Origin: Cognatiyoonia sp.
GTDB taxonomy: Bacteria > Pseudomonadota > Alphaproteobacteria > Rhodobacterales > Rhodobacteraceae
Length of the DNA: 64,000 nt
Assembly: GCF_965661665.1 (NCBI RefSeq)
Contig: NZ_CBFIEO010000009.1
Location: forward strand, 23,681 to 87,680
Reading direction: 5' to 3'
Shown: piece by piece, positions 10,211 to 19,962 of the stretch
Layout: each line of letters begins with the position of its first letter
Position numbering within the stretch: position 1 is the first letter of the stretch
Position numbers and translations under genes: made by a program
The notes under the pieces: model-generated
What the model saw: the letters and a program-made list of their open reading frames with translations, nothing else
Told to the model about the DNA's origin: nothing
Database searches by the model: none

Positions 10211-10771
10211 TTAGACTTCTACGCGGCGGTTTTCCCGGTACGCAGCGGCTGAGTAGCCTGCGACCTTGGGCATCCGCTCACCAAAGACTTTCACGTCAAC
10301 AACGCGGACCCCTGCATCGCGTGCGATGCTTGCGATGCTTGCGACCGCATTGGCGCGGCGGTTGGACAGGTCCATGTTGTATTCATCAGAGGCCCGCGCA
10401 TCGGTGTGACCGTAGATCAGGAACCCGAAGGCTTCGGTCTGCTGGAACCAATCCATCAGTTCAGCCTTTTTGCTGCGGCTGATCTATTCTTTGTCAGTCG
10501 CGAACAACGTGTCGGTGGAGATGATCCCGCAAATCTCGCTGCGGTTACACACTGAGCGGCCATCACGGGTGCAGTGCGGGCTCATGTAACCTTCGAACCC
10601 GTCATCCATCACTCAGTGCTGACAGCCGTCAGGGTCGGTCCAGATTGTTGGGGTATATTCTTAGCCCACGACTTCGATTGCGTGGGCATCTGCGACGACG
10701 GTTGTAGCGCTGAGTGTTCCCACACACGGGCCCGCAACTGCGGTCACAAAAGGGTTGGTCTTCTTTGTCAC
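10211..10771 (-). pseudogene. OmpA-family lipoprotein gene inactivated by three in-frame stops with no frameshift
   Basis: A single minus-strand frame from GTG 10771 reads VTKKTNPFVTAVAGPCVGTLSATTVVADAHAIEVVG*EYTPTIWTDPDGCQH*VMDDGFEGYMSPHCTRDGRSVCNRSEICGIISTDTLFATDKE*ISRSKKAELMDWFQQTEAFGFLIYGHTDARASDEYNMDLSNRRANAV.... The stops are TAA 10663-10661, TGA 10615-10613 and TAG 10486-10484. The C-terminus carries the OmpA_C peptidoglycan-binding motif (GHTD...N..LS..RA..V). Confidence 0.75.
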
Positions 10772-10982
10772 GACGATAGCCTTCTGCTTCTGGCAAGCTA
10801 TTCTTGTCTGCTCACCAGCACGATACACTAACCTAAAGGGACTGTCTCAACATCAAGCTCGATTCGAGGCAAATTTCACCAGATATTGTGTTAAAAAGCG
10901 CAACGGTGGGCGGTAACCAGCACGTTTGTCAGCCGGGTAGCTCCAAAATCGTCGCAAAATTAAGGCAGTTGCCATCGCCCAA

Positions 10983-12293
10983 TCAGGCGACGAGGCGCCC
11001 CGCGAGAGAGTTCGGGCCCGCTTCTGCAACGTACACGTCGCGGATGTCGCCGAGGGCATCCTCTGGCGCGTCTGCGTAAATCGCGTGCAGGTATTCAGAC
11101 TTGCCGATAAGCTGCCCATCTTCGCGGCCCTTCTTCTCAAACAAAACCTTCACGGTGCGCCCGACCATGCTGTCCTGCGCCGCGATCTGTTGAGATTTGA
11201 GCAAGGCTTGCAGGGCCTGCAAACGCTCTGACATCACATCCTCTGGCAGCTGCGGCTTTTCAGCAGCGGGCGTACCTGGGCGGGTGGAGTATTTGAAGGA
11301 ATAGGCCTGCCCGTAGTTCACGGTGCGGATCAGCTCCATCGTGTCTTCAAAGTCCTGATCAGTTTCACCCGGGAAGCCTACGATGAAGTCACCGGACAAA
11401 AGCAGATCAGGTCGCGCATCGCGGATGCGTTCGATGAGGCGGACGTACTCTTCTGCCGTATGTTTGCGGTTCATCGCTTGCAGGATGCGGTCCGAGCCTG
11501 ATTGCACAGGCAAGTGCAGGTAGGGCATCAACTTGTCGCAGGTGCCATGCGCCTCAATCAGCACGTCGTCCATGTCATTCGGGTGGCTGGTGGTGAAGCG
11601 GATTCGGTCGAGTCCGTCAATCTTATCGAGCGCCCAGATGAGGCCGGCAAGACCGCCCTCATGACCATTGTAGGCATTCACGTTCTGACCCAAGAGCGTG
11701 ATTTCTCGCACACCACTTTCCACCAGTTCCCTTGCCTCGTTGATGACGCGGTCAGAGGGGCGGCTCACCTCTGCCCCGCGTGTATAAGGCACAACGCAGA
11801 AGGCACAGAACTTATCGCACCCTTCTTGCACAGTCAGGAAAGCGGTCGGGGCGCGCTTGCCCTTCTTGCGCTTTTTCAGCGTTTCGAATTTGTCATCTTC
11901 CGGAAAATCGATGTCGAGCGCTTTGGCCCCCGTCTGGATCGCATCATCCATCGCGGGCAGGCGGTGATAGCTTTGTGGCCCGACGACCAGATCCACCATC
12001 GGCTGACGCTTGATAATCTCTTCCCCTTCGGCCTGCGCCACGCAGCCTGCGACACCGATCTTAAGGTCTGGGTTGGCAGCCTTCAGACCTTTGAAACGAC
12101 CCAGCTCAGAATAAATCTTCTCCGCCGCCTTTTCACGGATGTGGCAAGTGTTGAGCAGGATCATATCCGCATCATCTGGCGTGTCTGTCTGCGTATAACC
12201 CTTTCCGCCCAACACTTCCGCCATCCGTTCACTGTCATAGACGTTCATCTGACAGCCATAGGTCTTGATAAACAGTTTTTTGTCGGCAGACAT
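10983..12293 (-). CDS. miaB: tRNA-i6A37 methylthiotransferase
   Basis: 436 aa. It has an UPF0004 N-terminal domain ([13 protein letters not shown]), a radical-SAM [11 protein letters not shown] motif and a TRAM C-terminus. Confidence 0.93.
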   Translation of the reverse strand: MSADKKLFIKTYGCQMNVYDSERMAEVLGGKGYTQTDTPDDADMILLNTCHIREKAAEKIYSELGRFKGLKAANPDLKIGVAGCVAQAEGEEIIKRQPMVDLVVGPQSYHRLPAMDDAIQTGAKALDIDFPEDDKFETLKKRKKGKRAPTAFLTVQEGCDKFCAFCVVPYTRGAEVSRPSDRVINEARELVESGVREITLLGQNVNAYNGHEGGLAGLIWALDKIDGLDRIRFTTSHPNDMDDVLIEAHGTCDKLMPYLHLPVQSGSDRILQAMNRKHTAEEYVRLIERIRDARPDLLLSGDFIVGFPGETDQDFEDTMELIRTVNYGQAYSFKYSTRPGTPAAEKPQLPEDVMSERLQALQALLKSQQIAAQDSMVGRTVKVLFEKKGREDGQLIGKSEYLHAIYADAPEDALGDIRDVYVAEAGPNSLAGRLVA

Positions 12294-12404
12294 TTTTGCA
12301 CCAAAGCTACACTGGAGTTCGGACGCTTCTACCGAGTGCGAAGGTCGCTTGCAATGCCACCAGAATTAACCAAGTCCTGAGGCGAAATCCTAACACTCAC
12401 TACC

Positions 12405-13082
12405 ATGACACACCCGACGCTGATTGATTATCTGGCCCAGCAAGAACGCACCCCGGCGAAGGGGCCGATTGCGCTTGTGTTCATGGAAGACGGGATCGAG
12501 GTGAATTCAACCCTTCGCCATCACGTAACCGTTTAATTAAAAACGATTTTTGCATTGGGCGCGCCTGTGATTGAGATTGCGGAGGATGTGGCGCCGAAAG
12601 TCACCCGCATCACGCACGACATGGGCGAAGATGCAGCTATGTCACGTGCGGTGAATGCGGTTATCGCTGCGGCCTCGGGTCAATGGATTTATTACTGCTA
12701 CAACGGCGAATACCTGTTCTTCCCCTTCTGCGAAAACCGCACCGTGGGGGAGATGTTGGCCTTTTCGATGGAGGAACGGCGCGAAAGCCTGATGACCTAT
12801 GTCGTTGACATCTATGCGGGTAATCTGGGGCGCCACCCGAATGCAATATCGCTCGACGATGCGTATCTAGACAAGTTAGGCTACTACGCGCTGACGCGGC
12901 ATATCGAGAGGGACAGGTTCCACAAACGTCAGTTGGATTTCTTTGGCGGGCTGCGCTGCCGGTTTGAAGAACACGTCCCCTACCTGCGCCGCCGGATCGA
13001 TTGGATCGCCCCGTTCCGCACGAAACCCGGCCTGCTGATCAACGAAGACCATCTATTGAACGATCACGAGATGAACACCTAG
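12405..13082 (+). pseudogene. Conserved hypothetical gene apparently split by an in-frame TAA (alternatively two adjacent ORFs)
   Basis: ATG 12405 and the 12555 ORF share a frame: MTHPTLIDYLAQQERTPAKGPIALVFMEDGIEVNSTLRHHVTV*LKTIFALGAPVIEIAEDV.... The TAA at 12534-12536 lies inside the AT-rich GTTTAATTAAAAACGATTTTT. I did not recognise any family. Confidence 0.45.
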
Positions 13083-13151
13083 GCCTTCCCTTGGCATCAC
13101 AGCAATTGATTGATTTGGGCCTGATGGAGCCCGGACAGTGGTTCTGACCGC

Positions 13152-13568
13152 TTAGGTGCGGCGCAGACGGATCACCACGTCTACCGATGCAATCTCCGCC
13201 CCTTTTGGCGCGTTGGGTACTCGACTGAATTCCAACTGCTCTGCCGGTGCATCGGTGAGCGTGGAGGTGTCTTCCCAATAAAAATGCGGGTGGTCGGACA
13301 TATTGGTGTCGAAATAGCTCTTGGAGCCATCCACCGTAATCTCCCGCATCAACCCCGCATCACAAAACGCCCGCAGCGTGTTGTAGACGGTGGCGAGTGA
13401 CACTTTCTCATCGCAGCCAGAGGCGGAAGCATAAAGGCTTTCGGCCGTCACATGACGGTTCTTGCCATCACCCACGAGCAATTTCGCAAGCGTCATTCGC
13501 TGACGGGTCGGACGCAGATCAGCGCCTGAGAGCCATTTGGTCGAACGTTCTGTTCCGATATCAGTCAT
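13152..13568 (-). CDS. irr: Fur-family iron response regulator Irr
   Basis: RPTRQRMTLAKLL...HVTAESLY...VSLATVYNTLRAFCDAGLMREI...YFDTNMSDHPHFYWE...VDVVIRLRR matches the Irr-type Fur fold without the CxxC pairs. It is divergent from fabA, as in other alphaproteobacteria. The start is uncertain (13568, or up to 13631). Confidence 0.8.
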   Translation of the reverse strand: MTDIGTERSTKWLSGADLRPTRQRMTLAKLLVGDGKNRHVTAESLYASASGCDEKVSLATVYNTLRAFCDAGLMREITVDGSKSYFDTNMSDHPHFYWEDTSTLTDAPAEQLEFSRVPNAPKGAEIASVDVVIRLRRT

Positions 13569-13700
13569 CTGTGAGCCTATCATCTGGGTATACATTAGGT
13601 GAAAACGAACGCGTTTATCAATGGGGGTCAAATGCTTGCTCTTTGAATCGGGGCGATGCTAGGTGTCTCGCAACTTGGATTTTTGAGAGAGCAGCGAAAA

Positions 13701-14210
13701 ATGAGCCCTTATCCTTCGAGCTTTGGCAAAGACGACCTTTTGAAATGCGCCCGGGGGGAACTGTTTGGAGAAGGCAACGCGCAACTCCCTGCCCCGCCGA
13801 TGCTAATGATGGATCGGATCACCAAAATCTCTGGAGATGGCGGCGCGCATGGCAAAGGGCACGTGCTGGCAGAGTTTGATATCACGCCAGACCTTTGGTT
13901 CTTTGACTGCCACTTTCCTGGCAACCCGATCATGCCGGGGTGTTTGGGGCTTGATGGTCTGTGGCAGCTCACCGGCTTCAACCTTGGCTGGCGCGGCTGG
14001 CAGGGGCGCGGGTATGCACTGGGCGTGGGTGAGGTGAAGCTAACCGGCATGGTCCGGCCCGACCGCAAGATGCTGACTTACAAGATCGATTTTACCAAAG
14101 CGATCCAAACGCGCCGCCTGACCATGGGCGTGGCCGACGGGATTGTGGAGGCGGATGGCGAGGTCATCTATCAGGTCAAGGACATGAAAGTCGCCCTCAG
14201 CGAAAGCTGA
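13701..14210 (+). CDS. fabA: 3-hydroxydecanoyl-ACP dehydratase/isomerase
   Basis: [16 protein letters not shown]...[23 protein letters not shown] is the FabA active-site region. I prefer ATG 13701 (MSPYPSSF). Confidence 0.9.
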   Translation: MSPYPSSFGKDDLLKCARGELFGEGNAQLPAPPMLMMDRITKISGDGGAHGKGHVLAEFDITPDLWFFDCHFPGNPIMPGCLGLDGLWQLTGFNLGWRGWQGRGYALGVGEVKLTGMVRPDRKMLTYKIDFTKAIQTRRLTMGVADGIVEADGEVIYQVKDMKVALSES

Positions 14211-14239
14211 GGCATTTCACGGATTTGGAGGCATCCACC

Positions 14240-14677
14240 ATGACGAACAAGCGCATCGTTCTGTCGAGCGACCACGCCGCGATTGAGCTGCGTCAGGCTA
14301 TCGCAAAGCACATCGAAACCAAAGGCTGGGAAGCCGTGGACATAGGCCCCACAACCACGGAAAGCACGCATTACCCGCTGCACGGCAAAGCCGCGGCGGA
14401 GAAGGTCGTGAGCGGTGATTGCCGCTTTGGCATCATCGTCTGCGGCACGGGTCAGGGCATTATGATGGCGGCCAATAAGGTCGCGGGCATCCGCTGCGGG
14501 GCCTGCGCGGATACGTTCTCCGCCAAGATGATCCGCGCGCACAACGACGCCAATATGATCGCGCTGGGCGCCCGTGTGCTGGGCGAGGGTCTGGCGCTGG
14601 AGATCGTCGACGGCTTTCTGGAGACCGACTTCGAAGGCGGCCGCCACGCCACCCGCGTGGACATGGTCGAGGGCTGA
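14240..14677 (+). CDS. rpiB: Ribose-5-phosphate isomerase B
   Basis: 145 aa. It has IIVCGTGQGIMMAANKVAGIRCGAC, RAHNDANMIALGARV and FEGGRHATR (RpiB/LacAB family). Confidence 0.88.
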   Translation: MTNKRIVLSSDHAAIELRQAIAKHIETKGWEAVDIGPTTTESTHYPLHGKAAAEKVVSGDCRFGIIVCGTGQGIMMAANKVAGIRCGACADTFSAKMIRAHNDANMIALGARVLGEGLALEIVDGFLETDFEGGRHATRVDMVEG

Positions 14678-14732
14678 TTACCGAACCCCTAACGCTCTGT
14701 TCTGTGTCAGCGGGAAATCATGGTTAACGCTC

Positions 14733-15047
14733 CTAAACAAGGCGTTTGCGCGAGTCACACTGCGTACACAGCCCGTACACAGAGCGTACAAACGCTGTAC
14801 ACCGTTTGGCGTGAAAGATCGGGCTGGCATGGGGTTTGACGGCGACGCGATCTTCCAGCCGGAGAGCGGAGAAATAGAGCGCTGTCATGATGGAGACCAT
14901 CGAGGCAGAGCTGGCCTGATGCCCGCCAACTTTGATGCCGTCGTCGTTCGGGCGCAGGTGATTGGCGTTGTGGATTATCCAATGCGACAAAAGCAGTCGT
15001 TGTTCGATGGTTTTTAGGTGCTTTGTGGTGATGGTGGCATTCGTCAT
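14733..15047 (-). pseudogene. N-terminal remnant (~80 codons) of a homodimeric pyruvate dehydrogenase E1 / transketolase-like gene
   Basis: MTNATITTKHLKTIEQRLLLSHWIIHNANHLRPNDDGIKVGGHQASSASMVSIMTALYFSALRLEDRVAVKPHASPIFHA parallels the AceE region ...ERRIRSAIRWNA...GGHMASF...GHISPGVYA. Resemblance stops near 14808. The frame then runs through the GTACA repeat to a stop at 14733. A full-length E1 is about 800-900 aa. Confidence 0.6.
14763..14806. repeat. Four tandem 11-bp units centred on GTACA
   Basis: The units are cGTACAcagcc / cGTACAcagag / cGTACAaacgc / tGTACAccgtt. GTACA starts at 14764, 14775, 14786 and 14797, an exact 11-bp period. Confidence 0.8.
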
Positions 15048-15187
15048 GGGATGGGTCTTTCGCTGTTTGCGCGAGTCTGCACCCATTTGAGGAGTGAATG
15101 AGACCAATTAAGCCAACTAAGAACAGTTTTTTGCCAATTATCTGCTCGATTTTGGATATTAATGACGATATTTACCAAGAAAGTCGC

Positions 15188-15642
15188 ATGAAGGTTTCAA
15201 TTGACCGAAAGATACTTACTGCGTTTCAGAGGGATGGGCATCTGACCCATCAACAGCTTAGTGAGCAGGTCGGGCTGTCACCAACGCCCTGCGCGCGGCG
15301 GATCAAGCGACTTGAAACGGATGGGATCATCACGGGCTATGGCGCGCGGATCAACGCGGCGAAACAGGGCTTTGATGTTTCTGTCTTTGTCTCCGTCCGG
15401 TTGGATCAGCAGGTTGACACCGGCTGCGGCACTTCGAAAGCAATGTACGTGTGTTTCCCGAGGTTGTGGACTGCTGGCTGATGACGGGCACGTTTGATTA
15501 TCTGCTGCGGGTCGTGGTGCGCGACTTGCATGAATTTGAGCATTTTCTGACCGCCAAGCTGACAAAGCTGGCTGGCGTGGCATCTTTGGAAAGCTCCGTT
15601 TCCATCCGACGGGTTAAGGACGAAGCGACGCGGATCGCTTAA
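15188..15642 (+). pseudogene. Lrp/AsnC family regulator with a frameshift near 15418-15421
   Basis: The N-terminal frame reads MKVSIDRKILTAFQRDGHLTHQQLSEQVGLSPTPCARRIKRLETDGIITGYGARIN...VFVSVRLDQQVD. The C-terminal half continues in another frame: HRLRHFESNVRVFPEVVDCWLMTGTFDYLLRVVVRDLHEFEHFLTAKLTKLAGVASLESSVSIRRVK. A TGA at 15415-15417 closes the second frame just upstream. Confidence 0.8.
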
Positions 15643-15758
15643 TTTGCGATTGGGTCCATGCGCCGACACACAACGTAGATCAGGTTGTTGGTACCCCCAC
15701 CCTTGCCCCGCTTCCACCTCTCCCGTACTAAGTTCAAAAGCCGATTTGGGGAGCGTTT

Positions 15759-16988
15759 ATGCGTCGAGTTGTGGTCACGGGGTTGGGGATTGTCTCGCCC
15801 ATTGGGAATAATGCGGAAGAGGTTCTGGCCTCTCTCAAGGCGGGGACGTCGGGGATTGAGGCCATTCCTGAGATGGCCGAGCATGGATTTCGCAGTCAGG
15901 TTGCGGGCACGCTGAAGCTCGGTGTGTCAGAGCATGTGGACAAGCGGACCTTGCGGTTCATGGGTCCGGGGGCGGCGTATTCTTACATCGCGATGCAACA
16001 GGCGATCGAGGATGCGGGGCTTGAGGAAGACCAGATCGTCAATCCGATGACGGGTGTGATCGCTGGCTCTGGCGGGCCGTCGACCTCTGCCATGTTGGCG
16101 GCGCATAAGGTTGTGTTGGAGACGGGTGCCACAAAGCGGATCGGGCCCTTTGCGGTGCCAAAAGCCATGTCGTCGACCGTGAGTGCAAACTTGGCGACGG
16201 CGTTCAAGATCAAGGGGATGAACTTTTCCATCACGTCGGCCTGCTCCACCTCGTTGCATTGCATCGGGATGGCGGCGCAGCAGATCGCCTTGGGCGCACA
16301 GGATACAATGTTTGCGGGCGGCGGTGAAGAGCTCGATTGGACGCTGTCGTGTCTCTTTGACGCGATGGGCGCAATGTCCTCGAAATACAACGACACGCCA
16401 GAGAAAGCCTCCCGCGCGTTCGACGCGGATCGGGATGGGTTCGTGATCGCGGGCGGTGGCGCGATGGTGGTGTTGGAAAGCCTTGAGCGCGCGCAGGCTC
16501 GTGGGGCCAAGATTTATGCAGAAGTGACCGGCTTCTCGGCCACGTCTGATGGGGCCGATATGGTGGCCCCCTCTGGCGAAGGCGGGGAGCGGGCGATGCG
16601 CGGGGCGTTGAAGACGCTGCCGGAGCGACGCAAGGTCAGCTATATCAACGCGCATGGCACCTCGACACCCGTTGGCGACGTGGGTGAGATCGAAGCGGTG
16701 CGCCGCGTGTTTGGCGACGGGTCTACCCCGCCTGTGTCCTCTACCAAATCGATGACGGGGCATTCCCAAGGGGCGACCGGCGCGTCAGAGGCTGTCTATT
16801 GCTTGCTGATGCTGGAGCATGACTTCATTGCGCCGTCGATCAACGTGGAGGCGTTGGACCCCGCATTGAAGCCTGAAGAGATCGCCACCACATGCGTGGA
16901 AAATGCAGGGCTCGACACGATCATGACGAACTCCTTCGGGTTCGGCGGTACGAACGGTTCGATGCTGTTGAGTAAGTTCAAGGGCTAG
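15759..16988 (+). CDS. fabB: Beta-ketoacyl-ACP synthase I
   Basis: 409 aa. It has [17 protein letters not shown], the active-site ITSACSTS, and HGTSTPVGD...[11 protein letters not shown]. It lies in a fabA/fabB/fabI context. Confidence 0.9.
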   Translation: MRRVVVTGLGIVSPIGNNAEEVLASLKAGTSGIEAIPEMAEHGFRSQVAGTLKLGVSEHVDKRTLRFMGPGAAYSYIAMQQAIEDAGLEEDQIVNPMTGVIAGSGGPSTSAMLAAHKVVLETGATKRIGPFAVPKAMSSTVSANLATAFKIKGMNFSITSACSTSLHCIGMAAQQIALGAQDTMFAGGGEELDWTLSCLFDAMGAMSSKYNDTPEKASRAFDADRDGFVIAGGGAMVVLESLERAQARGAKIYAEVTGFSATSDGADMVAPSGEGGERAMRGALKTLPERRKVSYINAHGTSTPVGDVGEIEAVRRVFGDGSTPPVSSTKSMTGHSQGATGASEAVYCLLMLEHDFIAPSINVEALDPALKPEEIATTCVENAGLDTIMTNSFGFGGTNGSMLLSKFKG

Positions 16989-16992
16989 GACG

Positions 16993-17781
16993 ATGACACT
17001 ATCCATGAAGGGCAAGCGCGGGTTGATTATGGGGGTGGCCAACAACCGCTCCATCGCGTGGGGCATTGCCAAGGCGATGGCGGAGGCTGGCGCTGAGTTG
17101 GCGTTCACCTATCAGGGCGCGGCGTTCGGGGAGCGGTTGAAGCCGCTGGCGGAGTCTGTCAGGTCGAACATCATGGTGGATGTGGATGTGACTAATGACG
17201 CGAGCATGGATTTGGCGTTCAACACGCTCAAGGAAAAGTGGGGCACGCTAGATTTTGTCGTTCACGCGATTGCTTATTCCAACAAGGACGAGCTGACCGG
17301 CCATTTCCGCGATACGTCGCGGGAGAACTTTAAGAACTCTCTGACGATTTCGTGCTATTCGTTCATTGATGTGGCGCGGCGGGCGTCCGAGATGATGCCC
17401 AATGGTGGCACGTTGCTGACGCTGACCTATCAGGGGTCGAACCGTGTGACGCCGTTTTACAATGTAATGGGTGTGGCGAAGGCCGCATTGGAAAGCGCGA
17501 CACGCTATCTGGCGAATGATCTGGGGCCGCAAGGCATCCGCGTGAATGCGATCAGCCCTGGTCCGATGAAGACGCTGGCAGGCGCCGCGATTGGCGGTGC
17601 GCGCAAAACATACAAGCATACCGGTCAAAACGCGCCTTTGGGCGACAATGCAACGTTGGAAGCTGTGGGTGGCACGGCGGTCTACCTCGCCTCCGACGCT
17701 GGGGCCTGCACGACGGGGGAGATCATCCGCGTTGACGGAGGCTTCCATGTTCTGGGGATGCCGCAGCCGGATCACCTATAG
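16993..17781 (+). CDS. fabI: Enoyl-ACP reductase (NADH)
   Basis: 262 aa. It has KGKRGLIMGVANNRSIAWGIA, SYQGSNRVTPFYNVMGVAKAALE and VNAISPGPMKTLA. Confidence 0.9.
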   Translation: MTLSMKGKRGLIMGVANNRSIAWGIAKAMAEAGAELAFTYQGAAFGERLKPLAESVRSNIMVDVDVTNDASMDLAFNTLKEKWGTLDFVVHAIAYSNKDELTGHFRDTSRENFKNSLTISCYSFIDVARRASEMMPNGGTLLTLTYQGSNRVTPFYNVMGVAKAALESATRYLANDLGPQGIRVNAISPGPMKTLAGAAIGGARKTYKHTGQNAPLGDNATLEAVGGTAVYLASDAGACTTGEIIRVDGGFHVLGMPQPDHL

Positions 17782-17920
17782 GGCGTCAGAGTTTACGGAT
17801 TCTTAGGAAAACTGTACATAATAAAGCAGGTATCAGTTTTTTAGGTGAATCACCTCCAATCACGGCCAAGGATGACCCTGAGCGGAGGGTTCCAGATAAT
17901 TCGAAACAAATACCTAAGAT

Positions 17921-18355
17921 CTAGCCTTCTGCGACGCTCACCAGTTCCAGATCAAAGATCAGGTCTTTGCCCGCAAGAGCGTGATTGGCGTCGAGTGTGA
18001 CTTCGTCGTCGCTCAGTTCTGCCACTGTGACCATGATCGGCTGGCCGTTGGGCGCTTGCATCTGTAGCTGCAACCCCAATTCCAGCGGGATGCTGTCGGG
18101 GATCTCTTTGCGCGGCACTCTTTGCATCGCTTGATCGTGGCGCGGGCCATAGGCTTGATCGCAAGGGATTTCGACACGCTTTTTGTCGCCGACGCTCATC
18201 CCCGTCACGCCCGCATCAAAGCCCGCAATCACCATGCCGGAACCGAGCGTGAATTCCAAAGGATCGCGGCCTTCAGAACTGTCAAAGACGGACCCATCGG
18301 ACAGAGTACCGGTGTAGTGGATGCGCACGGTGTCGCCTGCTTTTGCGGTAGTCAT
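17921..18355 (-). CDS. FKBP-type peptidyl-prolyl cis-trans isomerase (SlyD-like)
   Basis: 144 aa from ATG 18355: MTTAKAGDTVRIHYTGTLSDGSVFDSSEGRDPLEFTLGSGMVIAGFDAGV...HALAGKDLIFDLELVSV. The ORF-track extension to 18715 has no protein-like character. Confidence 0.82.
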   Translation of the reverse strand: MTTAKAGDTVRIHYTGTLSDGSVFDSSEGRDPLEFTLGSGMVIAGFDAGVTGMSVGDKKRVEIPCDQAYGPRHDQAMQRVPRKEIPDSIPLELGLQLQMQAPNGQPIMVTVAELSDDEVTLDANHALAGKDLIFDLELVSVAEG

Positions 18356-18469
18356 GGGAGCCTGCCTTTTCTGGATCAATCGCGCGAACCTAGGCGGTTG
18401 GGGGTTGGGTTGCAAACGGCTTTGAACTTTCCGGTGCGCCATGACAGTCTGCCGCCAAGGAGACGCGAA

Positions 18470-19147
18470 ATGCCTATCACGACCTATGTTTTTGACGCCT
18501 ATGGGACGCTGTTTGATGTGAACGCCGCAGCGCGGTTGGCCGCAGAGGAACCTGGGCGCGGGGATTTGGTGGCGGTTTGGCCGAAACTGGCCGCGGATTG
18601 GCGCGCCAAGCAGCTGGAGTACACGTGGTTGCGGGCTGTGGCGGAGGCGCATTGTGATTTTTGGCAGGTCACGCAGGACGGGTTGGACTGGGCCATGGAG
18701 GTTTGCGGCCTGCACGATCCGGAACTGCGCGAACGGCTTTTGGCGCTCTACTGGGAATTGGCCGCGTTTGAAGAGGTACCAGCGATGTTGGCCGCGTTAA
18801 AGGCACGGGATGCGCGGACGGCGATTTTGTCGAACGGCTCGCCTGAGATGTTGAATGCAGCAGTATCCTCGGCGGGGCTGATGGAGTTCTTGGATGCGAC
18901 CCTGTCGGTGGAAGCCGTTGGCGTCTTTAAGCCGCATCACCGCGTCTATGATTTGGTGGAGGTGCATTTTGGTTGCGCGCGAGATGAAGTGTTGTTCGTC
19001 TCCTCCAACGGGTGGGATGCGGGATCGGCGGCTGCCTATGGGTTTCGCACGGCTTGGGTGAACCGCGGGGGCGCACCGATGGATAGGCTTCACAGCACAC
19101 CGCAGCATGTAGTGACCGACCTTACCAGCATACCGGAGATCATGTGA
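18470..19147 (+). CDS. Haloacid dehalogenase type II (HAD superfamily)
   Basis: MPITTYVFDAYGTLFDV nucleophile motif, then WRAKQLEYTWLR, ILSNGSP and VSSNGWD. The start is ATG 18470, inside the longer track ORF. Confidence 0.8.
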   Translation: MPITTYVFDAYGTLFDVNAAARLAAEEPGRGDLVAVWPKLAADWRAKQLEYTWLRAVAEAHCDFWQVTQDGLDWAMEVCGLHDPELRERLLALYWELAAFEEVPAMLAALKARDARTAILSNGSPEMLNAAVSSAGLMEFLDATLSVEAVGVFKPHHRVYDLVEVHFGCARDEVLFVSSNGWDAGSAAAYGFRTAWVNRGGAPMDRLHSTPQHVVTDLTSIPEIM

Positions 19148-19962
19148 TGCCCACATTTACATCTGCCGATGGCGTGACACTGTATTACACAGATGAAGGG
19201 GATGGGCTGCCTGTCTTGGCCTTGGCCGGTCTCACGCGGAATGGGCGCGATTTTGACCATGTCGCCCCTCACTTGCCCGTGCGTTTGATCCGCATGGATT
19301 ATCGCGGGCGCGGACGGTCGGAGTGGGCCGACCCCAGCACCTATACCATTCCGCAGGAGTCGCAGGATGCGCTGGCCCTGATGGATCATCTGGGGTTGGA
19401 GAAGGTCGCGATATTGGGCACATCGCGCGGTGGATTGATCGCGATGGCGCTGGCGATGATGGCGAAAGATCGGTTGCTGGGTGTCGCGCTCAATGACATC
19501 GGGCCGGAAATTGCGGAGACGGGGATGGAGGTGATCCGTGGCTATCTGGGTCGCCGTCCGGCGCAGAAAACCTATGCCGAGGCCGCCGCGTTTCGGGATA
19601 CAGTCTGGATGCAGTTTGAAGGCGTGCCGATGGAGCGTTGGTTGGCCGAAGTGCAGAACCATTATGAAGAAAAGGATGGTCGTATAGAGCTGCGCTATGA
19701 TCCGAAATTGCGGGAGGCGGTGCTGAATGTCGACGGGCCGATGCCGGACCTTTGGCCGATGTTTGACACTTTTGACGGCTTGCCCTTGGCGCTGGTCCGC
19801 GGGGCAAATTCGGACCTTTTAACTGAGGACTGCGCAAATGAGATGGCGCGGCGCAGGCCGGATATAATCCGAGCAGAGGTGCCGGGACGCGGGCATGTGC
19901 CGTTTTTGGATGAGCCAAAGGCCCTGACGGCGTTGCGGGCTTGGTTGGGAAAAATGCAATGA
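19147..19962 (+). CDS. Alpha/beta hydrolase fold protein
   Basis: GLPVLALAGLTRNGRDFD and the nucleophile elbow ILGTSRGG, with a C-terminal GHVPFLDEP. Its start overlaps the upstream stop (TGATG). Confidence 0.75.
   Translation: MPTFTSADGVTLYYTDEGDGLPVLALAGLTRNGRDFDHVAPHLPVRLIRMDYRGRGRSEWADPSTYTIPQESQDALALMDHLGLEKVAILGTSRGGLIAMALAMMAKDRLLGVALNDIGPEIAETGMEVIRGYLGRRPAQKTYAEAAAFRDTVWMQFEGVPMERWLAEVQNHYEEKDGRIELRYDPKLREAVLNVDGPMPDLWPMFDTFDGLPLALVRGANSDLLTEDCANEMARRRPDIIRAEVPGRGHVPFLDEPKALTALRAWLGKMQ

Noticed and set aside
12531-12541. TTAATTAA (PacI site) as evidence of laboratory engineering
   Set aside because: A single 8-mer with no flanking vector, linker or scar sequence cannot support that claim. 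I report it only as an unusual natural-looking AT-rich patch.
18356-18715. 120-codon upstream extension of the FKBP isomerase ORF
   Set aside because: It is Arg/Pro/Gln-rich junk lying antisense to the start of the HAD-gene ORF. The FKBP domain begins at ATG 18355.
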